The notes under the pieces are model-generated. The model saw only the letters and a program-made list of their open reading frames with translations, was not told where the DNA came from and made no database searches. Positions 56,093 to 64,000 of a stretch of DNA of 64,000 nt are shown piece by piece. The stretch comes from an uncultured bacterium (GTDB lineage: Bacteria; Omnitrophota; Omnitrophia; Omnitrophales; Aquincolibacteriaceae): positions 371 through 64,370 of the forward strand of contig CAYJSI010000005.1 of NCBI GenBank assembly GCA_964373045.1, read 5' to 3'. The translations under genes were made by a program, and so were the position numbers. Position 1 is the first letter of the stretch, and every line of letters starts with the position of its first letter.

Positions 56093-57685
56093 ATGAAAAA
56101 GCGATTCGTTTTCTTTTTATTTCTATCCTTTCTCCTGAATAGTTCGAAACAAGCCGCTTTCTTGAGGGCCCAGGACTTGGGATCCGACTCGGGGATCCAC
56201 TTGAATCAGATTCCGGCGCGTATTGCCATTGACGCAAACGCCCCTGCCCTGAAGGAGCGCGTCACACTCGACCTGCGCAACATTGAAATTGGGGAGGCGC
56301 TGAAATTTCTTGCCCTTAAGGGAAATTTAAATCTTGTCATCGGTAAAAATGTAACGGGGCGCATCTCGCTGTATCTCACGGATGTCACGGTGGGGGATGT
56401 GCTTGAAATCATGCTTTTGAGCAATAGCCTGGCCATTGCAAAGCAGGGCGAAATTTACAATGTGATGAGCGAAACGGAATACCAGGCCCTTTATGGAAAA
56501 CGTTTTTCAGATCTTCGGGAGGCTAAAATTTATAAGGTCCGATACGCCGTCCCGAGCCAAATGTTTACCGTTTTAAGCTCCGTCAAAAGTGACATCGGGA
56601 AAGTGGTCATCGATGAAGATTCTGCCACGCTTATCTTGATGGATATCCCTGAGAAAATTGAGGAGATGGACAAAATTATTTATGAAATGGAAAAAGGTCA
56701 GAGCCTTCGGATTTTTAATTTGCGCTATGCGAAGGCGGCGGATGTCGAGGCCAACTTGAAAGAACGGCTTGATGCCTTGAAGCTCGGTACGGCACGCTCA
56801 GATGAGCGGAGCAATACGATTATCGTCTCGGCCCTCTCCAAGCGGATGGAAGAAGTTGAAAAAATTGTTCAAGCCCTCGATGAGAAGACAAGAGAAGTCT
56901 TAATCGAAGCAAAAATTATCAAGGTTACTTTAAGTGACGATTACGATCAGGGCATTGACTGGAAGAGAGTGATCAGAGATGCAGGCAATGACTATCATCT
57001 AGAGAAATTTCGGCCGATACTGTCCGGTACCTTTACAAAACCTGCGGCCGTGACACAATTTGGGCGACTTCAAATCGGAAATACCAGCACGGATGCCTTG
57101 AGCGCTACGATCGATTTTCTTCAGACGGTGGGGCAGACCAAGGTGCTGGCGAGTCCCCGAATCATGGCGATTAATAATGAATCGGCTAGAATTTTAATCG
57201 GGACGCGAGAGGCATTTGTGACCACGACAACGACCACGGGACAAACGACGTCAACGACTGCCGAAAACGTAACCTTTGTCGATGTGGGCATTTCTTTGGA
57301 GGTGACGCCCACGATCAATGATGACGGTTACGTGACCATGAAGATCAAGCCTGAAATATCCAACGTAGCCCGCACGCTTACGACCCCGACTGCGAACCAG
57401 ATTCCCATTATCGATACCACGCTGGCTGAGACGAGTGTGATGGTCAAGGATGGCACGACGATTATTATTGGCGGCCTCCGGAAAAATGAAAAGGTAAAAA
57501 CGGTCACTAAAATTCCCGTGCTTGGCAGCATCCCTATTTTAGGGGCGCCCTTCCGCAGAACGGACGAGGACCTGGAGAAAATCGAGCTCGTGGTTTTTTT
57601 GACCCCGTACATTATCACGGGAGACACCACGTTTACGGACCGCCAGATTTTGGATAAACAGGTCAAACCGTTTAAGACGTATTAA
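56093..57685 (+). CDS. secretin (GspD/PilQ/MshL family outer-membrane channel)
   Basis: Signal peptide, N0/N1 secretin-N domains, and the C-terminal secretin domain with VLASPRIMAINNESARI...TKIPVLGSIPILGAPFR signature. Confidence 0.9.
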   Translation: MKKRFVFFLFLSFLLNSSKQAAFLRAQDLGSDSGIHLNQIPARIAIDANAPALKERVTLDLRNIEIGEALKFLALKGNLNLVIGKNVTGRISLYLTDVTVGDVLEIMLLSNSLAIAKQGEIYNVMSETEYQALYGKRFSDLREAKIYKVRYAVPSQMFTVLSSVKSDIGKVVIDEDSATLILMDIPEKIEEMDKIIYEMEKGQSLRIFNLRYAKAADVEANLKERLDALKLGTARSDERSNTIIVSALSKRMEEVEKIVQALDEKTREVLIEAKIIKVTLSDDYDQGIDWKRVIRDAGNDYHLEKFRPILSGTFTKPAAVTQFGRLQIGNTSTDALSATIDFLQTVGQTKVLASPRIMAINNESARILIGTREAFVTTTTTTGQTTSTTAENVTFVDVGISLEVTPTINDDGYVTMKIKPEISNVARTLTTPTANQIPIIDTTLAETSVMVKDGTTIIIGGLRKNEKVKTVTKIPVLGSIPILGAPFRRTDEDLEKIELVVFLTPYIITGDTTFTDRQILDKQVKPFKTY

Positions 57686-57732
57686 AGGCAAAAGGCAAAA
57701 GGGAAAAGGGAAAAGGGGAAAGGGGAAAGGCA
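57684..57732. repeat. perfect 7 x 7-bp purine repeat (AAAGGCA)2(AAAGGGA)2(AAAGGGG)2(AAAGGCA)1
   Basis: Read directly. It starts at the secretin stop codon and ends 3 bp before the GTG at 57736. It contains several Shine-Dalgarno-like AAGGGG/AAAGG motifs. Confidence 0.9.
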
Positions 57733-57735
57733 AAA

Positions 57736-58950
57736 GTGGACAAAAGAAAGCTGGTATCGCGTTTGACAAGTTTGGATGATATTTCCGAAGGTGTCATCCC
57801 CGCATGCTTTAAGCGGGGATCCATGGATTCCGGCTTTCGCCGGAATGACAAAACTTACTCGAGTACAATGAACGGTAACCCAGCTGCTCATCAAGCACGG
57901 TTCTTCTTAAAATTATTTGCGATTCTTTTCTCTTTTATTTTTTCTCTCTTACCCTTCTCCTATGCCCTTTTTGAAAACCCTGACAAACAAAAAGTGGTCG
58001 AACTGGAAGCTCAAATGCAGAAACTGAATGAAAAAATCCGCACCGTGACCTTGGATCGCGATAATCTGCTTAAGCAGGCGAAGGCGATCCAAGTGGAAAA
58101 AGATGAACTCGGCAAAAAAATAGAGCAGATCAATAACGCGAGCTCAGGCGCCGCCCTTGAAGTTGATTCTTTAAAAAAAGAAACAGGCGTTCTCAAAGTC
58201 GAGCTTGAAAAGATGAAGGCGGCCCGTGAAAAAGATGCCAAGCTTTACCAGGAAGAGAAGGGCAACCTGGAAAAGCAATTGACCGACGAAAAGGCGAGGG
58301 CCGATTCTGTGGCCTTGATGATGAAAGAATATACTCCCGAACGCATCCAGGGCCTGATTGAAGACAGAAACCGCCTCGAGGAAGAGAGCAAGCGGATGGC
58401 GCAGCGGGTTTTTGAATATGAAAAACGCATGGAAGAAATGCGTAAACAGATGACCCCGCTTGAACTCGACCGCGAGGAACTTCACCGCGTGCAGGCGGAG
58501 AATCGCGAATGGCGGAACAAATTAGGTTATGTGCAGACCATTGAAAAGCGGCAGAAGCAGTTGATCGCAGAAAACGCAGAATACCGCAATCAGATTGAAA
58601 TTTTGAAGGCCAAGTTCAAAGACGCGGCGCCGGGCCTTGCCAAATCGAGCCGCATCTCCCAGAAAATGATGAGAGAAAACGCGGACATGCACTATAATCT
58701 CGCGAACATTTTTTTAAACAACAAGCAATATCGTGAAGCCATGCGAGAATATGAGCGCGTTTTGGAATTGCGACCCTCCGACCCCGAAACCCATTACAAC
58801 CTCGGAATCCTTTACGATGATTATTTGAAAGACCGCGACAAGGCCCTGTACCATTACCAAAAATATTTAACGATTAACCCCAAGGCCCCGGATGCCAAGC
58901 ACGTGGAGTCCTATATCTTGAATCTTGAATTAGAGCAAAAGGTCCGCTGA
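57736..58950 (+). CDS. coiled-coil protein with N-terminal TM and C-terminal TPR repeats (MshN-like?)
   Basis: Hydrophobic segment FFLKLFAILFSFIFSLLPFSYALF, a long heptad-rich coiled coil, and two or three C-terminal TPRs. The true start may be an internal ATG (57826 or 57871). Confidence 0.5.
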   Translation: MDKRKLVSRLTSLDDISEGVIPACFKRGSMDSGFRRNDKTYSSTMNGNPAAHQARFFLKLFAILFSFIFSLLPFSYALFENPDKQKVVELEAQMQKLNEKIRTVTLDRDNLLKQAKAIQVEKDELGKKIEQINNASSGAALEVDSLKKETGVLKVELEKMKAAREKDAKLYQEEKGNLEKQLTDEKARADSVALMMKEYTPERIQGLIEDRNRLEEESKRMAQRVFEYEKRMEEMRKQMTPLELDREELHRVQAENREWRNKLGYVQTIEKRQKQLIAENAEYRNQIEILKAKFKDAAPGLAKSSRISQKMMRENADMHYNLANIFLNNKQYREAMREYERVLELRPSDPETHYNLGILYDDYLKDRDKALYHYQKYLTINPKAPDAKHVESYILNLELEQKVR

Positions 58951-58952
58951 GC

Positions 58953-61900
58953 GTGATCGTGAAGAAAAGCATTCACCTTTTTTATGCGCTTTTCATTCCC
59001 GCCTTTTTTCTTCTCCCTTTTTCTGCCTTTGCCAAAATCGAGCAGTGGGACTTTCAAAACCCGATCGATTACCGTTATGAGCCGCAAAAAATAAAAGTGG
59101 GGGACGGCACAGCCCGGCTCCTGCAGCATGCCCCTTACCGGGATAACAAGGGTGAGGCCTTTGACCGGGGCACTTATCAAGGGGCGTGGGCCCCATCGGG
59201 TGCGGTGGAACCCCAGCGTTACCCCTTAGAAGAAAAGAATCCCCGCCAAGTCTCAGCGCCGCTTGCCAATCAGACCCCGGGACTGCTCGCCCTCTGGCAT
59301 TTTGATGAGCCGAGCGGCACCCATCTTCTTGATGAAATAAACCGCAACGTGGCTAAGGGCAGCGATCTTCAAGTCGTGAGCGGCCAAACAAACTTTCAAT
59401 ATGCGCGTCAGTTTGACGGGCACAAGAGCCACGTCTTTATTCCTCACTATCAAAGGTTTGAACTGAAAGGCCCTTTCACGCTCGAGGCCTGGGTCCGGCC
59501 GGGAGCGGTCCCAAGCGCCAAGCCCCAGACCATTCTTTCCCGCTGGCAGAGTGTGGGTTCCCAAAAAGTTTTTGCCTTGCAGATCAATCCCGAAGGCAAA
59601 ATCGATTTTCTTGTTTCTTCCAACGGCTCGACTGTGGTTCATCACTTAAGTGAATCAGCGGTGGCGGCGGGATTTTGGTATCACGTGGCAGCCGTCTTTA
59701 CGGGCTCGGATCTTAGAATTCATTTAAATGGCGTGCTGGACGGGGAGCCGACGCCCTTTCGCGATAAGATTTATCAAGCCGCCAATCCCATGTACCTGGG
59801 CGCTCTCGTGGACAATCGCATCGATGAACTTTTCCGCGGCTCCATGGATGAAGTGGCGATTTATGACCGCGTCCTTTCTGAAATGGAGACCTTAAGCCAC
59901 GCCGGCAATGCCGAGGCCCTGGTCGCGCTCTGGCACTTAAATGAGAGGGGCGGCGTTCTGATGGATCGTTCCGGCTTGGGTCATAATGCCATTGCCCACG
60001 GCAACCCGGAATATGAGGCCGAAGGAAAGCTGGGTTCTTCGCTTCATTTTGACGGGAAAGATCAATTCCTTGAAACGCCGGAGACTTTTCGTTTTGGACC
60101 GAACGATGAATTAACCCTCGAGGCCTGGATCAAGCCCGACAAACTTCCTTACCCCGAACGATTCGTGACCCTCCTCTCGGGTCGCGGCGAAAAAAGCGAA
60201 TATGTCCTGTCTCTTGTCGGTCCCGAGGGACGTCTCCGTGCTTTTGCCCCCACGCTTACGCCCGCTGAAGTGATAAGCCAACATAAGGTGGTGCCGGATG
60301 TTTGGCAGCATGCGGCCGTGACCTGGTCTAAAGGAACGGTTCGTCTTTATTTGAACGGATTACTCGACACCTCTGCTCCGTACCACGGCGTGCTTGAGAC
60401 GGGTAAAACAGAGGTGCGCCTCGGCATGGACTTTTTAAAAACAGCCCCCTTTAAGGGTTCGATCGATGAGGTGGCCATTTACCGGCGTGCCAAGAGTGCT
60501 TATGAAATGGCCAAAACCGCGGGGCTCTTTTCTCCCTATGCCCTTTATGAATCCTCGATCAAGGATGCGGGAGGCGTTGTCCCCTGGCAGTCGCTTTCCT
60601 GGAAAGAGTCTCTGCCCTACGGGGATGAATTTTCCACGAATGCCAAGGGGCTTGTGCATCTTTATCATTTGAATGAACCGGACGGCCAGATCTTGGGAGA
60701 CAGCCGCGTCATCTCGGCCCTGCACGCCACGGGCACCTACGAAGTCCCGGGACTTTTTTCGCGCGCCCGCTGGTTCGCCGAAAAAGGGAGCGATAAGATG
60801 ATCTCCGAAAGAGAGATCCCTTCCTTTAATACCTTTACCGTTTCCTTTTGGTTTCAGTTTGCCTCGCCCGTGGCAGGGGCCTCAGACAGGCTTTTTAGCA
60901 TCGGGGATGAAAATCCCTCGATGGTTCGCGCCGCCCCGGACGGGCGTCTTCATGTGATGGCCGGCGGTCAGCGAAAAATGACGAGCGCAAGTTCGCTTAC
61001 GGATACCCATTGGCATCACGCGGCGCTTAGTTCGGATGGCCAGCAGCTTTTTCTATATTTGGACGGTGTCTTAAATGCCGTAAGCCCCTTCACGACCGAG
61101 ACGGCCAACCAGCCCCTTGTGCTGGGGAACCTAAAATCCTCCGACACCTTTCAGGGGGCCATTGATGAATTTGCCTTCTTTAATTATGCCCTGGCGCATG
61201 AAGAGATTTGGAATCATTTCCTTGCGGGAAAACTCGATCTTCGATTTCTGGTCCGCTCCTCCCAAGAGGCGGTGGTGGCGAACGCCCCGTGGTACGGACC
61301 GCGGGGGGTTCAAAAAGGGGATCGTGAGGCCAGTGTCTTCACCATCGGCCTCTGGCACTTTAATGAAGGCAGCACGCCTGACGGTTCCCTTAAAATAGCG
61401 GATGCAAGCCGCTATGGTCATCATGCCGCTGTCTACGGAAACGTTTCGATGGTGCCGGGCGGGATCCTCGACGGCGGCTTACTTTTTAATGGATCAACGG
61501 ATTTTCTCGAGATCCCCGATTCAGAAATCATGCATCTTACGGACCAATTCACGCTTTCAGGTTGGGTCCGGCCTTTTGAAATGACGACGCAGGATTCCCG
61601 CATTTTGGATAAACATTATCACGCAGACGCACCTGTCTTTTCCTCGTTTGCTTTGGAACTCACCTCCGGAAACCGCCTGGCCCTCAAAGTAGGCCGCCCG
61701 GGCGGTTATCAGGTGATAACCACGGATCGTGATGGCGAGATTGCGGTTGACCGATGGAATCATGTGGCGGCAACTTACGACGGAAAAGAAATAAAACTCT
61801 TTATTAATGGAAAGCTCAAAAAATCGTCCTCCTTTGATGAGCGTATTCCTTACGACGGGGGCGCGCTATTCATCGGCCGAAGCGGCGGCGGAGAAGCCGC

Positions 61901-64000
61901 CTATTTCAACGGTTTGCTGGATGAAGTCGGCATCGAGAATCAGGCCTTAAGCGATGAGGAAATCCTTTCTCTCTATCAGCGGGCGGATCCGGAGAACTTT
62001 TATCGAAGAAGCGAACTTGAAAAGTTAAAAGTTGCGCCGGGCCGTTACTTCCAATATCAGGCCCATCTCTCTACGGATTATTTTGCGGCAAGGCCTCTCC
62101 TTGCTTCGGCGGAGGTCCGCGGCGCCAGTTTTCCCACGGACCTGCCTTTCATTTCAAATAATGTCAGCGTCTCTTATGCCGAGATTCAACATTTTGCGGA
62201 AAGGCCCGGCAAAAAGCATGGAGGGGCGCTCAGTTATCAGTTTTCCAATGACGGATCCAACTGGTTTTATCATAACGGCCGTCACTGGGTTTTGGCGGCA
62301 GATCCGCTTGAATCCAATACCGCCGCGCAGGCAGCCTCGCGCATTCGTGATTTTGCAAGAGAAGTCGGCATCGGAAGTTTTTATTTCAAGGCTTTTCTTC
62401 ACTCGCCCACGGGTCTCGAACCTGCCGAATTGGATGCCGTTGAGGTCGACTATCTTCCGAATAAACTGACGGTCTTAAGCCCTAATGGCGGCGAGGCCTG
62501 GCTCGTAGGTTCTCAGCAGCAAATTGTTTGGAGTTCTACGGGCGAGGTTCAACAGATCAGTCTTGAATATTCCAAAGATAATTTTGAAAAGGATTTTCAG
62601 GCCATCGCCAGGGATATTGCAAACACAGGAGCCTATGCCTGGAAAGTTCCCGACGATCTTACGCCGCAAGCCAGGATCCGCGTTTCCGATATTTCAGATC
62701 CCCGCATCTATGACAAATCGGACACCGGTTTTCGCATCATCGGTGCCTTTGAGGTCGTGAGTCCCAATTATGCGGAGCGCTGGGCGGTTGATTCCGAGCA
62801 AGAGATTTCCTGGCGCACTCTGGGCGCGATTCCGCAGGTGAAACTCGAATATTCAACCGATGAGTTTGAACAGGCCGTTTTCCCGATTGTGGACTCGGTA
62901 GAAAATGAAGGCCGATACGACTGGAAGATCCCCGATCTCATTTCTCCTTCGGCCAAGGTCCGGGTTTCGGACGTTCGCGATCCGCTCACTTATGATCAAT
63001 CAAACGACACCTTTGCCATCGTGGGCACGCTTTCGCTGGTTAGTCCCCAGGCAAAAATGCGCTGGGCGGTTGATTCCGAGCAGGAGATCCGCTGGCAGAC
63101 CCTGGGCAATGTCCCCTCGGTAAAGATTGAATATTCTCTGAGTGAAAATAATCCGAATCACATCTGGCGCGCCATTGAAGACGCCTATCTCAATCGGGGG
63201 GTCCTTCTATGGAAGGTGCCCGATGCCATTGATCCCGCCGTTCGAATCCGGATCTCTGATGTTCGTGACAAGCAGGTGGCCGTCGAGAGCCCTCCCTTTG
63301 CCGTTACAGGAGGCCTGAAGCTCCTTCTCCCTAAGGGAGGAGAGAAGTGGACGGTGGGGAGCCGCCGAAAAATTGCCTGGCAGACGCGAGGGACGGTTCC
63401 TGCGGTTTATTTGAAATACGCGCGCTTGGATTCCGTGTTTGAGACAACGGCGTCGGAAGACTCGCTTGCCAAAGTGAAATGGCAGACCTTCGGTGACGCG
63501 ATCCCCAACACCGGGAGCTTTGCGTGGGACGTTCCCGATGAAATTTCGGAACGGGTCGTGATTCGCATCGTGGATGCCAAGGATTCTCGGGTGATGGCTC
63601 AGAACCAGGCCGCCATTCAAATCATTCCCGGTTTTGTGCTGAAAGTTCCGAACGGGAATGAATCGTGGAAGGTGGGCTCTGAGGTGGACCTTCTCTGGGA
63701 AACCAAGGGAAGCATTCCCTATGTGAAGCTGGAATATTCCAAAGATCGTTTTGTCAGTGACCTTCAAACCATTATTCCGAGCGCCTCCAACATCGGGCGA
63801 TTCGCCTGGAAGGTGCCGGATGATCCCGCCAAGCAGATTCGAGTCCGCGTCTCCGACCCGAGCGTTCCCGAGGCCTCGGATCTCTCGGATGTGCCCTTTC
63901 GCGTTTTCGCCGATTTCAAAATCAAAACGCCGCACGGGGGTGAAAAATTTGAAGTGGGAAGTATCGCCCCCTTGGCTTGGAAGACGCTCGGAACGGTCCC
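58953..64000 (+). CDS. giant secreted surface protein (>1680 aa, 3' end beyond window): signal peptide, 4 LamG-like (concanavalin-A-like lectin) domains, then 8 or more tandem ~90-aa beta-sandwich repeats
   Basis: GTG 58953 gives the signal peptide VIVKKSIHLFYALFIPAFFLLPFSAFA. I translated by hand to 64000 and found no stop, so it is absent from the ORF track. There are four LamG_3-like units (ALWHFDE...LEAWVRP...DEVAIYDRVLS and variants). From about 62440 there are tandem repeats of the form P-x-GGE-x-W-x-VGS...I-x-W...V-x-LEYS...G-x-[FY]-x-W-x-VPD...RIRVSD. Confidence 0.75.
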   Translation, partial: MIVKKSIHLFYALFIPAFFLLPFSAFAKIEQWDFQNPIDYRYEPQKIKVGDGTARLLQHAPYRDNKGEAFDRGTYQGAWAPSGAVEPQRYPLEEKNPRQVSAPLANQTPGLLALWHFDEPSGTHLLDEINRNVAKGSDLQVVSGQTNFQYARQFDGHKSHVFIPHYQRFELKGPFTLEAWVRPGAVPSAKPQTILSRWQSVGSQKVFALQINPEGKIDFLVSSNGSTVVHHLSESAVAAGFWYHVAAVFTGSDLRIHLNGVLDGEPTPFRDKIYQAANPMYLGALVDNRIDELFRGSMDEVAIYDRVLSEMETLSHAGNAEALVALWHLNERGGVLMDRSGLGHNAIAHGNPEYEAEGKLGSSLHFDGKDQFLETPETFRFGPNDELTLEAWIKPDKLPYPERFVTLLSGRGEKSEYVLSLVGPEGRLRAFAPTLTPAEVISQHKVVPDVWQHAAVTWSKGTVRLYLNGLLDTSAPYHGVLETGKTEVRLGMDFLKTAPFKGSIDEVAIYRRAKSAYEMAKTAGLFSPYALYESSIKDAGGVVPWQSLSWKESLPYGDEFSTNAKGLVHLYHLNEPDGQILGDSRVISALHATGTYEVPGLFSRARWFAEKGSDKMISEREIPSFNTFTVSFWFQFASPVAGASDRLFSIGDENPSMVRAAPDGRLHVMAGGQRKMTSASSLTDTHWHHAALSSDGQQLFLYLDGVLNAVSPFTTETANQPLVLGNLKSSDTFQGAIDEFAFFNYALAHEEIWNHFLAGKLDLRFLVRSSQEAVVANAPWYGPRGVQKGDREASVFTIGLWHFNEGSTPDGSLKIADASRYGHHAAVYGNVSMVPGGILDGGLLFNGSTDFLEIPDSEIMHLTDQFTLSGWVRPFEMTTQDSRILDKHYHADAPVFSSFALELTSGNRLALKVGRPGGYQVITTDRDGEIAVDRWNHVAATYDGKEIKLFINGKLKKSSSFDERIPYDGGALFIGRSGGGEAAYFNGLLDEVGIENQALSDEEILSLYQRADPENFYRRSELEKLKVAPGRYFQYQAHLSTDYFAARPLLASAEVRGASFPTDLPFISNNVSVSYAEIQHFAERPGKKHGGALSYQFSNDGSNWFYHNGRHWVLAADPLESNTAAQAASRIRDFAREVGIGSFYFKAFLHSPTGLEPAELDAVEVDYLPNKLTVLSPNGGEAWLVGSQQQIVWSSTGEVQQISLEYSKDNFEKDFQAIARDIANTGAYAWKVPDDLTPQARIRVSDISDPRIYDKSDTGFRIIGAFEVVSPNYAERWAVDSEQEISWRTLGAIPQVKLEYSTDEFEQAVFPIVDSVENEGRYDWKIPDLISPSAKVRVSDVRDPLTYDQSNDTFAIVGTLSLVSPQAKMRWAVDSEQEIRWQTLGNVPSVKIEYSLSENNPNHIWRAIEDAYLNRGVLLWKVPDAIDPAVRIRISDVRDKQVAVESPPFAVTGGLKLLLPKGGEKWTVGSRRKIAWQTRGTVPAVYLKYARLDSVFETTASEDSLAKVKWQTFGDAIPNTGSFAWDVPDEISERVVIRIVDAKDSRVMAQNQAAIQIIPGFVLKVPNGNESWKVGSEVDLLWETKGSIPYVKLEYSKDRFVSDLQTIIPSASNIGRFAWKVPDDPAKQIRVRVSDPSVPEASDLSDVPFRVFADFKIKTPHGGEKFEVGSIAPLAWKTLGTV

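Noticed and set aside
1-64000. CRISPR arrays, rRNA and tRNA genes, and IS elements/transposases.
   Set aside because: No periodic direct repeats with unique spacers were seen. No rRNA-like conserved stretches or tRNA cloverleaf candidates turned up in the spacers. No transposase or integrase ORFs were found. The only mobile-element hint is the ORF6N/brnTA remnant at the 5' edge.

Overview
This 64-kb window is a densely coding, roughly 55% GC stretch of a bacterial chromosome. Lipid A synthesis (lpxD), AsmA, a secretin and a Wza/Wzc exporter indicate a diderm (Gram-negative-type) cell. The futalosine-type menaquinone genes and a desulfoferrodoxin-like protein suggest an anaerobe. I found no rRNA, tRNA or CRISPR array.

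Layout, left to right:
- 1-1115: a small accessory remnant. It holds the C-terminal fragment of an ORF6N-domain protein and a brnT/brnA toxin-antitoxin pair. The toxin is inactivated by an in-frame TGA plus a frameshift; the antitoxin is intact.
- 1115-15518: housekeeping genes. These are truA, rplM-rpsI with a near-consensus sigma70 promoter, and a 41-aa lipoprotein ORF coupled to the rpsI stop that the ORF track missed. Then come an AsmA-like protein, convergent rnc, a complete arginine operon argC-J-B-D-F-G-H (with a striking repeat/palindrome between argF and argG), and lysA.
- 15554-23583: an orphan CheY-like regulator and a YugP-family peptidase homolog that appears to have lost its HExxH motif. 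Next is a futalosine-type menaquinone cluster (UbiD-, UbiA-, UbiX-like, MqnA/D-like, radical-SAM MqnC/E-like, UbiE/MenG). RidA and a CPBP protease follow.
- 23580-36913: a cell-surface/exopolysaccharide region. It has an acidic secreted protein and an 822-aa cysteine-rich secreted protein with a Myxococcus-type Cys repeat. It also has an O-antigen-ligase-like protein, an esterase, an antisense GGDEF protein with a degenerate GGDDF motif, a TPR protein, an outer-membrane barrel, Wza and a Wzc tyrosine kinase.
- 37024-42843: nifS/iscS-like, mrp/apbC, folE, lpxD (minus strand), a lipoprotein and a SurA-like chaperone.
- 42857-64000: the most unusual region. It starts with a desulfoferrodoxin-like secreted protein and a translationally coupled operon of two TIGR04073-type exosortase-associated-like proteins, two secreted hypotheticals and a PLD-like protein. 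Next come a metzincin-motif protease fused to a TPR array, a PIG-L deacetylase, WbqC and a WecA-like initiating transferase. The last module is ExeA-like ATPase, tail-anchored HD-GYP, second ExeA-like ATPase, single-pass membrane protein, secretin. A perfect 7 x 7-bp purine repeat follows, then a coiled-coil/TPR protein. The window ends in a giant (>1680 aa, runs off the window end) signal-peptide protein with four LamG-like domains and tandem ~90-aa repeats, which the ORF track omitted.

The best candidate for an undescribed system is the c-di-GMP-linked secretin assembly/export module next to this giant LamG-repeat surface protein. Its association with the upstream TIGR04073 operon is weaker and rests on gene clustering alone.
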